DNA from: an uncultured Verrucomicrobiales bacterium
GTDB taxonomy: Bacteria > Verrucomicrobiota > Verrucomicrobiia > Verrucomicrobiales > DEV007
Length of the DNA: 14,792 nt
Direction of reading: 5' to 3'
Assembly (NCBI GenBank): GCA_938091905.1
Contig: CALKOM010000192.1
Coordinates: 1 to 14,792, forward strand
Below the pieces are notes generated by a model. The model was not told the DNA's origin, did not search any database, and saw only the letters and a list, made by a program, of their open reading frames with translations. Position 1 is the stretch's first letter. Each line of letters begins with the position of its first letter. The translations under genes and the position numbers were made by a program. Shown here in pieces: positions 1 to 7,809 of the stretch.

Positions 1-139
1 CATAAAAGACGACGCCACAGCTCCTTGGGAAACGTCTCGCCCGAAACATTTCTCAATCAACACTTCCAAACTCAGAAAACCCACCTAAACTAACAATGCG
101 ATCTGTCTGATCCGTGTCCACTTTCTTGGGGGAATTCCA
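1..139 (+). mobile_element. Right end of an IS3-family insertion sequence (partial): transposase C-terminus 1-93 plus right inverted repeat ~114-139
   Basis: Frame 1 reads HKRRRHSSLGNVSPETFLNQHFQTQKTHLN* (stop 91-93), matching the IS3 OrfB tail motif RxHSSLGxxSPxxF. It is followed by GTGTCCACTTTCTTGGGGGAATTCCA ending in CA at 139, typical of IS3 termini. Not in the ORF track. Confidence 0.85.
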
Positions 140-1473
140 GAATCACTATCCGTTAGTTCTTTTTCTGCATGGAGCTGGTGAGCGCGGTGACGACAATAAT
201 GCTCAGCTGAAACATTTCCCTGAGCATTTTAGGGATCCTGAATATCGGAAGAAGTTTCCATGCTTTCTCATCGCTCCTCAGTGCCGAAGGGACCGTCGTT
301 GGTCTAACTTTTATTGGGACGGTAACGTGGAACCTCCGGCTGATTCCCTGTCGGATCAGATGAAAGCAGCATTGTTAGCTTTCGACCAGACTCTTGCGGA
401 GTTTCCAATTGATCGCTTGCGGCTTTATCTAACAGGACTGTCCATGGGCGGCTACGGTTCGCTTGAGCTGTCGATGAATCGACCTGATTGGTTTGCCGGA
501 ATGGCTCCAATTTGTGGGGCAGGCGATTTGACGACCGCTCATCGTGTGGCGTCCGTTCCAACTTGGATCTATCACGGCGACGCCGACTATGCCGTCCCTG
601 TGCATCACGGGCAGCAATTTGTAAATGCTTTGCATCGTGCTGGCGGACTACCTCGTTACACCGAGATTTCTGGGCATGGTCACGATTCTTGGGTTCCAGC
701 TTACAAGAAAGAGGGTGTGCTTAATTGGTTGTTTCAGCAGAGGTTACCAAAGATGAATGGTCGCGCACTCAGCGGGTTCACCGCACTCACCTCGGCGCAC
801 TCGCCGCTTCGCAAGGGTGAACGTATTGTGTTTCTTGGAGATTCACTGACCGCTGCGGGCACCGGCCCAAAGGGATACATCACCATGCTGGAGGAGGAAC
901 TCTATAGAAAGCGCCCTGGAGGAGGAACTCTATAGAAAGCGCCCGGATTTGGACGTTCATCTGATCGGTGCGGGTATTGGCGGCCACAAGGTTCCTGATA
1001 TTCAGGCAAGATTAGAGCGCGATGTCTTGTCCTTTCGCCCAACCTGCGTCTTCGTATTCATCGGCGTGAACGATGTTTGGAACACGGAGATGGGCACGGG
1101 GACCTCCAAACAAGATTACTTCCGAGGACTTCATGATGTGCTTTCTCGGATCCACAACGCCGGGGCCGTGCCTATCCTCGCGACACCACCGGTGGTAGGA
1201 GAGAAGCGCAATGGCGAGAATCCGATTGACGCAATGTTAGATTAATTTACTCAACTGAGCCGCGATGCAGGTGGCCTTATGGGGGCAACTCTTTGCGATC
1301 TTCGTCAGACCATGCCAGCCTACCTTTCAGTCTTTAATGAAGACAACGCCGAGAAGGGGATTCTGACGACGGATCGTGTGCACTACAACGAATCGGGCAA
1401 CCGCTTTGTCGCCAATCACGCAGCCATGGCGATCTACGAGGCACTGTCCAAGCGTAATCGGGTGGGTGAATGA
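140..1473 (+). pseudogene. Disrupted two-domain esterase: alpha/beta-hydrolase (phospholipase/carboxylesterase-like) fused to an SGNH/GDSL hydrolase
   Basis: Domain 1 motifs: YPLVLFLHGAGERG, GLSMGG nucleophile elbow, HGDAD, GHGH. SGNH blocks: FLGDSLT, AGIGG, IGVND, DRVH. Lesions: 5' end replaced by the IS end at 139, 28-bp tandem duplication 888-943 (frameshift), in-frame TAA 1243-1245. ORFs 114-935, 949-1245 and 1279-1473 join into one frame when these are repaired. Confidence 0.88.
888..943 (+). repeat. Perfect 28-bp tandem duplication CTGGAGGAGGAACTCTATAGAAAGCGCC x2
   Basis: Copies at 888-915 and 916-943, read directly. Removing one restores ...MLEEELYRKRPDLDVHLIGAGIGG... Confidence 0.97.
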
Positions 1474-1483
1474 TCTAGTGCGC

Positions 1484-2722
1484 CTAACAACGACTTAGCA
1501 CGAGACAAGAATTGATGCCACCAAAACCAAAGGAATGGTTGAGCGCATGCTTGATGTCGGCGGTTCGTCCGTGATTTGGCACGAAGTCGAGCGCGGGCAA
1601 AGCCGGATCGATTTGGTCCAAGTGAAGGGTCGGGAGTAAGTGGCTCTCACGCATGGAGAGTAACGTTGCTGCCGCTTCAATGGCGCCAGCAGCTCCGAGA
1701 GGGTGACCGGTGGAAGCCTTTGTGCCTGACACGGGAGGCGCGCTTTCAACCCCAAAGACCTGGGCGATGCTTTGAGCTTCATTGAGATCGTTCAATGGTG
1801 TGCCACTGGCATGCCCATTGATGTAGTCGATCTGCTCTGGCTCGATCTGCGCATCTCCTAAGGCCAACTGAATGGTGCGCCGCACGGGCTCGCCACTGGG
1901 ATCGGGAGTCGTCATGTGGTGGGCCTCATTGACCAAGCTGAACCCAGCGACTTCTCCATAGACTTCCGCACCGCGTATCTGCGCGTGTTCCCAGCTTTCC
2001 AGAATGAGAGCCGCCGCACCTTCACCCATGACGAAGCCATCGCGTTCTTGATCAAAGGGGCAATAGGTTCGTGACAACGGACTGACTTTCCTTCGGCTCA
2101 TGGTGTGGATGTTATCAAATGCGGCAAAGGTCAGTGGGCAGAGTGGGGCTTCTGCTGCCCCGGCAATCATGACATCGGCTGAGCCACACTGAATCATGTG
2201 GAAGGCATCGCCAATGGCCGTATTACCACTTGCGCAACTGTTTGAATTTCCAGTGCCAGGTCCCTGTAGACCAAACTCAATTGCGATGTTCGCCTGTGCT
2301 GCGCCACCAAAGATGCGCAGTGCGAGTGGTCTTGCTACGGAGCGAGGACCCTTTTCGAGTAGAACGGTATGTTGTTCCTCGGCAAAGGGAATGCCTCCCA
2401 GGGCGCTTCCAAAACTAACACCTGCTCGCTTCTGAGGTTGGTCTGGGTTGAACTGAAGTCCTGCATCTGCGAGAGCAAGTCGCGCGCTAAGGAGTGCGAA
2501 TTGGGCAAACCGGTCTAGTCGCTTGAGTTTCTGTGTGGAAAAGTAATCTTCGGGAAAGTAGTTTTGTATCTCAGCGGCAGCTTGTGCGTGGTAGGGATTA
2601 GGATCGAATGCCTGTAGACGTTTGATCGACGACTTTTCAGAGAGAAGTCCATTCCAGAAGGCCTCTTTCCCAATGCCAACAGGCGTGACCGGCCCAATTC
2701 CAGTGATGACAACGCGTTTCAA
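1484..2722 (-). CDS. fabF: Beta-ketoacyl-[ACP] synthase II family protein (FabF-like)
   Basis: MKRVVITGIG start, LDRFAQFA, catalytic Cys in NSCASG, RDGFVMGEGAAAL, YINGHASGT (His), KASTGHPLGAAG (His), SFGFGG. 412 aa, TTG start. Orthology to housekeeping fabF is not certain. Confidence 0.9.
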   Translation of the reverse strand: MKRVVITGIGPVTPVGIGKEAFWNGLLSEKSSIKRLQAFDPNPYHAQAAAEIQNYFPEDYFSTQKLKRLDRFAQFALLSARLALADAGLQFNPDQPQKRAGVSFGSALGGIPFAEEQHTVLLEKGPRSVARPLALRIFGGAAQANIAIEFGLQGPGTGNSNSCASGNTAIGDAFHMIQCGSADVMIAGAAEAPLCPLTFAAFDNIHTMSRRKVSPLSRTYCPFDQERDGFVMGEGAAALILESWEHAQIRGAEVYGEVAGFSLVNEAHHMTTPDPSGEPVRRTIQLALGDAQIEPEQIDYINGHASGTPLNDLNEAQSIAQVFGVESAPPVSGTKASTGHPLGAAGAIEAAATLLSMRESHLLPTLHLDQIDPALPALDFVPNHGRTADIKHALNHSFGFGGINSCLVLSRC

Positions 2723-3004
2723 TCAGTTCTTGGGCTGGCGCTGGTACGTGAGACGAAGTCCATCTTCTGATGGCTCCTGAGAAAGCAGCGTGAAGTGTAT
2801 GCTCTGCTCCAGTGATGGTGGTGGAGAATTTGCGCCTACGAGGGTAGGCTGCAATGTCAGAACTAACGTGTCAAATGGAGTGGCCATGAGTTCAGTGAGT
2901 GAGGCGACATTCTCGGAGCAGGACAGCAGGACGCCATCAAGTGAAGAGGTGGCGTTGATACACACACCGTTAGGTTTTGAAGACGAGGAAACGTCGGCAG
3001 ACAT
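2723..3004 (-). CDS. Small protein resembling an internally shortened RibD C-terminal / DHFR-fold domain
   Basis: VCINATSSLDGVL resembles the RibD_C N-terminal AxSLDGxI motif; FDTLVLTLQPTLVG...FTLLSQE...GLRLTYQR resembles its C-terminal strands. Stop abuts the FabF start and the start overlaps the GtrA 3' end. Confidence 0.55.
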   Translation of the reverse strand: MSADVSSSSKPNGVCINATSSLDGVLLSCSENVASLTELMATPFDTLVLTLQPTLVGANSPPPSLEQSIHFTLLSQEPSEDGLRLTYQRQPKN

Positions 3005-3422
3005 AGTTGATCAAGATGGAGACAGCGATGGCGACACCCTTTGCAGAATACGTGGGCACGCTGTAGACATTTATCAAGTAGCGCATGGCCCAAAGCCCAA
3101 GTAGAAGGCTTAGCGCTGATACACCAACGAAGATAAAAAACTCGACTGAAGGTCGATGCCTACCAGGAACGAAGACAAACTTGTGGTTGATAATGTAGGT
3201 GTATATATTGGCAATGAAAAAGGCGATGGCCGAGTTGATGGTTGATCTATCTGCCCGAACTTGATTACCGAGCTCCGGGTCGATCGCGGGCCACACCCAT
3301 TGCGATAAACCAGCGAAGATCGCGACATCGATAAGCGTGGCTGACACGCCGACCACGCCATAACGAATGATCTGGAAGAAAGGACGTGTGTCGCGATTGC
3401 GAATGCGAGCCCAATCAATCAT
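2970..3422 (-). CDS. GtrA family membrane protein (putative lipid-linked sugar flippase-like)
   Basis: QIIRYGVVGVSATLID, YIINHKFVF, INYVCRRFLVF; four hydrophobic segments in 150 aa; TAATG overlap with the upstream gene. Confidence 0.9.
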   Translation of the reverse strand: MIDWARIRNRDTRPFFQIIRYGVVGVSATLIDVAIFAGLSQWVWPAIDPELGNQVRADRSTINSAIAFFIANIYTYIINHKFVFVPGRHRPSVEFFIFVGVSALSLLLGLWAMRYLINVYSVPTYSAKGVAIAVSILINYVCRRFLVFKT

Positions 3423-4336
3423 TAGATGCCATAAGTCTCTTTCCAGAGCGGGAACTGCTTTTCAATCTGGCTCGTGCGGCGACGAGGGCTGAGCTCCCAG
3501 ACGACATACTTATCGTCACCAACCAGCGGCACCAGTGGGTCGTAGTTGATCGTGCCTGTCATGGGAACGCGGTGATCACGTGCAGGCCAGTGAACATCAT
3601 GCAAATGGCACCCAATGAGGAACGGCGACATCTTGGTCAACCATTCCTCGTGGTCTAACAGCGATAGATTGTGTTTCAGCTGAACGTGTCCGAAGTCGTG
3701 CCAATACCCTACCCAAGGATTGTCGGCATAGTCTTCCATGAGCGCCACCATCTCGCGTTCGCTTGGGACATCTTCGTAGCGGCTTCGGCTTTCGACCGCT
3801 GCCGCGACCTTGTATTTCTCGGCATGCTTGGCGATTTCAGTCAGGGCTTCACGGGCGCGTTGAACGTAGAGCTGGGCTTGCTTCTCCCGCATGCGGATCG
3901 TCTTGAGCTTGAGTTCGACGAACTCTGGCGTATTCAGCTTTCCCTCTTTGACCAGGGCGGTGAGTTCCGGCGTCATCTTCTTCATAGGCACACTTCCCAT
4001 GTGCAAAACAATGTATGAGGCCTTGAATTCCGCCGCATACTCAATCGTCTTCAGGGTGAGATCGAGGGCACGTTTCCTATCATAGCTACGATGGGACGTA
4101 AACTCGTAGCAGTCTGGAGCATCAATCAAGACCTCGACCGGTGAGGGACAGAAGTTGTGTAGGCCAGACACCTTGAACTTACCCGCTTCGTAGGCTTTCT
4201 TGATTCCTGGCAAGAGGGACACACTAAGACCGTGACTAATCTCGATCGTATCGAACCCAAGCTCGAGGATTTCATCGATCATTTCTTCACCGTCGTGATG
4301 ACGGCTACTATTCCAGCAGGTGGAGAATGCAATCAT
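3422..4336 (-). CDS. Sugar phosphate isomerase/epimerase family TIM-barrel protein (AP endonuclease 2 / xylose isomerase-like)
   Basis: ELGFDTIE, VLHMG, AVES, WHDFGH, CHLHD, DHRVPMTG, VVWE metal-binding pattern; 304 aa. Confidence 0.85.
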   Translation of the reverse strand: MIAFSTCWNSSRHHDGEEMIDEILELGFDTIEISHGLSVSLLPGIKKAYEAGKFKVSGLHNFCPSPVEVLIDAPDCYEFTSHRSYDRKRALDLTLKTIEYAAEFKASYIVLHMGSVPMKKMTPELTALVKEGKLNTPEFVELKLKTIRMREKQAQLYVQRAREALTEIAKHAEKYKVAAAVESRSRYEDVPSEREMVALMEDYADNPWVGYWHDFGHVQLKHNLSLLDHEEWLTKMSPFLIGCHLHDVHWPARDHRVPMTGTINYDPLVPLVGDDKYVVWELSPRRRTSQIEKQFPLWKETYGI

Positions 4337-4351
4337 GGGCCAGCTGCTATG

Positions 4352-4897
4352 TTAGTCATCGATCTCGTCGCTGTGTGCCGAGACATATTGGACGATGGCG
4401 TCGTCATGCTCGCGGGCAGCCCAGACAAATCTCAAGAAATCTGCCGGATGAATGCCATGACCAGAAAGAAAGTTTCGATCGCCTCCGCAGGAGTACATGA
4501 TGTCTGGGTGGAGTTCACCGCGAAGCTTGGCGCGGGCTTTGGCGATGATTCTAGGGAGCCACTGATAACCACCTAACTCGTCTTCACGTGGAGGCAAAGC
4601 GTCTGGCGTAAGCTCGTTCTCGCTCAACTCACCTTTCTGGATCGTCATGAAATAGTCACGGCGCACGGCGGCGATCAGGACAGCCGACGTGGCGGCAGGC
4701 TTTCCGTGCTCGGCAAGGTCCTCAACGAAGTCGAAGAACTCTCTGGGTTTGTAGCCGATCGAGTAGAGAAAGGCGAGATCTTCATTGTCATAGTACTTCG
4801 TGTAGTCCTTGTCCCCGCTCTTGTAGCGTTCGAAGCAACGCGCGAAGAGCTTGCTGAATTCGGTGTCCCACAAGTAGTCATTGATCATCGCGGTCAT
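4352..4897 (-). CDS. DUF5069 domain-containing protein
   Basis: LGGYQWLPRIIAKARAKLRGEL...MYSCGGDRNFL matches the remembered DUF5069 LPRxxxKARA...YxCxxDxxFL pattern. Start could be ATG 4897 or 4888. Confidence 0.75.
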   Translation of the reverse strand: MTAMINDYLWDTEFSKLFARCFERYKSGDKDYTKYYDNEDLAFLYSIGYKPREFFDFVEDLAEHGKPAATSAVLIAAVRRDYFMTIQKGELSENELTPDALPPREDELGGYQWLPRIIAKARAKLRGELHPDIMYSCGGDRNFLSGHGIHPADFLRFVWAAREHDDAIVQYVSAHSDEIDD

Positions 4898-4919
4898 TGA
4901 TGGGCGGGGCGACGCGTGC

Positions 4920-4948
4920 TTGCAAGTGGAGAACGGGAAATCTACTCT
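4920..4948 (+). promoter_or_regulatory. Putative sigma70-type promoter, leaderless geometry
   Basis: TTGCAA (4920-4925), 17-nt spacer, TACTCT (4943-4948), then 7 nt to ATG 4956; no SD. Confidence 0.55.
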
Positions 4949-4955
4949 CCGGTCA

Positions 4956-5858
4956 ATGACTCCAACTGCTATCTTCCTCGTCTACGTCCTTCCTGCGCTG
5001 TTGGCGGTGGTTGGCTGCTTTCTGGCTTGGCGAGGAGAAGATACGGAGTCAAAGCGCAGCTTACTGGAGGTGAGCGGAATCGGGCTGGCGCTGTTGATGG
5101 GCTTCTGTGCCTTAGAAGCTCGCTGGCCATGGGAGATGCACTCTCCGTGGCGGCGGCATTATTGGATTCCTGCAGGGATCGTCACATTGACCATACTGCA
5201 TGGCCTACGAGTAACGAAGTGGGTCCAGCTTGCGCTGGCAACATTGGGTCTGTGGATGCTCTTGCACAAATACGCCTTACAACTTCACACGGAATGGACA
5301 GATCAGCAGCATCTTGCACTACTGGGAGGCATGCTAGTATTTGCATTTATCTCTTTCTTTGGGCACTGGAAACTTGCCGAGACGGTTCCTGGAAACCTGC
5401 TCCTGATTCATTTCGGGGCGTTGGTGAGCGGCGCAGCTCTCTATGCCTTCGCCGGAACATCGTCAGCTAAGGTGGCGCAGTGGATGACGATCATCGGCAG
5501 CATATTCGCGGGCGTGTTTATTCTAACGCTTTGGCAAAAACGTCGTCACCTGAAACCGACAGGCGTCTTGTTAGCATCCTGGCTCTTGATCGGCGGGCTT
5601 TACTACGGCTTCTATTCCGGAGAGCAATCGCTCCTAGCTCCGTTGCTTGTTCTTATGTGCTCTCCCTGCATCGGGCTCTTTAGTGGAAAGATTTCTTCCC
5701 ACCGGGCGGGGTGGGCCATCTTCGGTTGGACAGCCCTGTGTTTGGCCTTGGCGACCGCCGCGTATTTCCTGACGCGTTCACCGATTGAGGAGGAAGAGGA
5801 GGATTACCTGGATGCCTACGGATTTGTCACACCCCAGTTCGATGCGGTCGATCGCTGA
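4956..5858 (+). CDS. Multi-pass integral membrane protein of unknown function
   Basis: About 9-10 hydrophobic segments and an acidic tail EEEEEDY. ATG 4956 is preferred over TTG 4881, which overlaps the divergent gene. Confidence 0.8.
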   Translation: MTPTAIFLVYVLPALLAVVGCFLAWRGEDTESKRSLLEVSGIGLALLMGFCALEARWPWEMHSPWRRHYWIPAGIVTLTILHGLRVTKWVQLALATLGLWMLLHKYALQLHTEWTDQQHLALLGGMLVFAFISFFGHWKLAETVPGNLLLIHFGALVSGAALYAFAGTSSAKVAQWMTIIGSIFAGVFILTLWQKRRHLKPTGVLLASWLLIGGLYYGFYSGEQSLLAPLLVLMCSPCIGLFSGKISSHRAGWAIFGWTALCLALATAAYFLTRSPIEEEEEDYLDAYGFVTPQFDAVDR

Positions 5859-7340
5859 GAAATGCCAGTAGGCCGATGACGGATCCGGTCGGCGAGGCTT
5901 TCTGTGTAAAGAGTTGAGAGTGTCTTGACGACTGCATTCCGCGCGAACTGGGCACCGGTAATCCTCTCAGCGGTCTGAGCAAAGTTAGCACGCTCTTGGG
6001 AAGATTCCGCTAGAGTTCGAAGGGCGGAGGCGGCTTCCTTTGCGTCTCTTCCGTTACTGACAAAGATGCCAGGTGCTTCTTTGTCCCAGAACCAATCGCG
6101 AAGCGCATGTGTTGCGAGAAGAGGGATGGATGCAGAAATTGTTTGCAGAACAATCCAGGCGGCTTATTCGCTGCCAGTTTCAGCGTCTTGGTCAGTTGGA
6201 GCAGTCCCCGGTAGAGCAACGAGAAGGTCGATCTTGTCTAGTTCTGCTGGATGATAGGCGATCGCTTCTTTAAAGCATTGAGCGACCACCGGATGATCGA
6301 GCAGCCAGGCGTCAAGATCACAGACCCAGTCTCGACGATGAGGCGCGGCCTCAATCAGCCGGAGCTTCCAGTTGCCGGACAGGTCAGCGACATGCGTCAG
6401 AACACGAACGAGCGTGTCGAGCATGGTTAGTGTTATCGTTGGCATGAGCCAGCCGATGGTAAGTGAAGACTCATGTTTGGTTCGAGCCGTATAGTTCTCG
6501 CGAGCAAGTAGACCTGGACCAACCACGCTGACGTGGGAAGCGTCTTGATCAATCTGATTCGGAAATGGGGTCAGAAAGCTCACGGAGTGACGGAACAGAA
6601 TCTCTTGAGTGAGCATGAAGAATGCGCTCGCCCAGCTGACGATAAAGGGGAGAATTTGCCAGAGAACTGTGCCAGTGATGGGGCAGGGCATTGAGCCAGA
6701 AGGGAGCAAGGTCATCTCCTGGATCCAGGCCATCTAAAAAAATGAACTTGGACTGGTAACGCTCGGCAGCGAGTGCCGCAATCAATCCAACGTAGCTGCC
6801 CCGCACGGCATGATAGAGACGAGCTTCTGGCACTTGCGCTACCATGTTGGTTGTCCGCTGAAAGATCTCCAAGAGTTCATTCACGATGAGGATGGTGTCT
6901 GTGATAGTGTGGCCGAGACTGCTTTGAGCGTGCAGTTCCATCATCTGTTGAATAACAGAAGGGTGGCGTAGCAACGCGCCCGGCCGAAACTCTGGGCCGA
7001 GGTACATGAGAAGATGTGCAAGCTCGACAAGAAGTTCACCCTCGTCTTCCGGTCCGAGAGCTACTTGAAGTCGTTCGAGTAAACTAGCAAAGGCACTAAC
7101 GTCATCCTCGCTCAGTCCCAAGGGTTTGGCAGCGAAGGTTGGGAGTGCTGGAGGGTGACTATCTCAAGGTTGGACGCTCCGATATCAGGAACTGAACTAA
7201 GGGCTTCCCTCATGCACGACGGCGAGACCGAAGTTGAAGGGAGCCGTTTGGGCCAAATCCCTGATGGTCGAGAGATCTTCGCTGAATGGGGCCGATGGTG
7301 TCTGGGCAATCCAGCAGACATCGAGAGGGTAGCGAGGCAT
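5816..7340 (-). pseudogene. Degenerate PelF-like GT4 glycosyltransferase (DUF3492 + GT-B), ~500 codons, at least 4 lesions
   Basis: Stitched translation from ATG 7340: MPRYPLDVCWIAQ...; VPEARLYHAVRGSYVGLIAALAAERYQSKFIFLDG (cf. PelF as I recall it, MPRARMLHSISTGYAGLLG...YLLSEHG); HVSVVGPG...LTIGW; after TAA 6164-6166 the frame continues AAWIVLQTISASIPLLAT...DAKEAASALRTLAESSQERANFAQTA...LSTLYTE to TAG 5816-5818. Inferred frameshifts near 7205, 7120 and 6610. Confidence 0.72.
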
Positions 7341-7467
7341 CGAGGGGAAGATTAAGGGAAGGAAGAGAGAATATTTAGATTTAGTAGAGTGGCTAAAATA
7401 TGATAAAACGATAATAATAATAAGTTTAATGATTACATTTGAGAATTAAAAGCGCAGGTTCTGATAC

Positions 7468-7495
7468 TTGAAATGGGACGGAGTCGGCCCAGCTT
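7468..7495 (+). promoter_or_regulatory. Possible sigma70-type promoter for the IF-1-like gene, leaderless geometry
   Basis: TTGAAA (7468-7473), 16-nt spacer, CAGCTT (7490-7495), then 7 nt to ATG 7503; AT-rich tract upstream. The -10 match is weak. Confidence 0.35.
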
Positions 7496-7502
7496 TTATT
7501 TC

Positions 7503-7724
7503 ATGTCTGAGAAGCCGATCCCTGCTGTAGCAGTTGTTCTTTCCCGTTTGAGCCCAGTGACTTACCGCATCGCCCTACCGAACGGAAAGCAGCTGGTAGG
7601 CCACGTTTCGAAGGCCCTGCAAAACAATCCTCCAGATTTTGAGGTCGACGACCAAGTTATTCTCGAAATGACTCCCTATGATTTCTCCCGCGCAAGAATC
7701 GTTGGTTTGGCCGCAAGCTCGTAG
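7503..7724 (+). CDS. infA: Translation initiation factor IF-1-like protein (divergent paralog, OB fold)
   Basis: 73 aa; YRIALPNGKQLVGHVS and VILEMTPYDFSRARIV align with IF-1 FRVELENGHVVTAHIS and VTVELTPYDLSKGRIV. Confidence 0.82.
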   Translation: MSEKPIPAVAVVLSRLSPVTYRIALPNGKQLVGHVSKALQNNPPDFEVDDQVILEMTPYDFSRARIVGLAASS

Positions 7725-7737
7725 CTGGAGGTAGACA

Positions 7738-7768
7738 CGAAAGGGGCGCCCGGTCTCCCGAACGCCCC
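7738..7768 (-). terminator. Intrinsic terminator-like hairpin downstream of the oxidoreductase (possibly bidirectional)
   Basis: Minus-strand RNA GGGGCGUUCGG-GAGA-CCGGGCGCCCC then UUUCGUGU: 11-bp stem with two G:U pairs and a GNRA loop, between convergent genes. Confidence 0.75.
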
Positions 7769-7809
7769 CTTAGTGTAAAAATCAGAACTGAAACTAAGCA
7801 GCGGACGGC

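Noticed and set aside
888..943. CRISPR-like repeat
   Set aside because: Two abutting copies, no spacer, no cas genes, and the unit is coding sequence.
1243..1245. Stop-codon recoding or alternative genetic code (in-frame TAA here and at 6164-6166)
   Set aside because: TAA, TAG and TGA all terminate intact genes in the window, and both affected genes carry independent frameshifts.
2790..3104. Plus-strand 104-aa acidic ORF
   Set aside because: Antisense shadow of the coupled minus-strand operon genes; no recognisable motif.
5785..5803. GAG/GAA purine run
   Set aside because: Encodes the poly-Glu tail of the membrane protein; not a separate element.
6164..7121. ORFs 6164-6733 and 6549-7121 as two separate genes or a programmed frameshift
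   Set aside because: They are collinear parts of one PelF-like sequence with further lesions on both sides.
7155..7355. Plus-strand 66-aa ORF
   Set aside because: Antisense to the reconstructed PelF-like N-terminus; no independent support.
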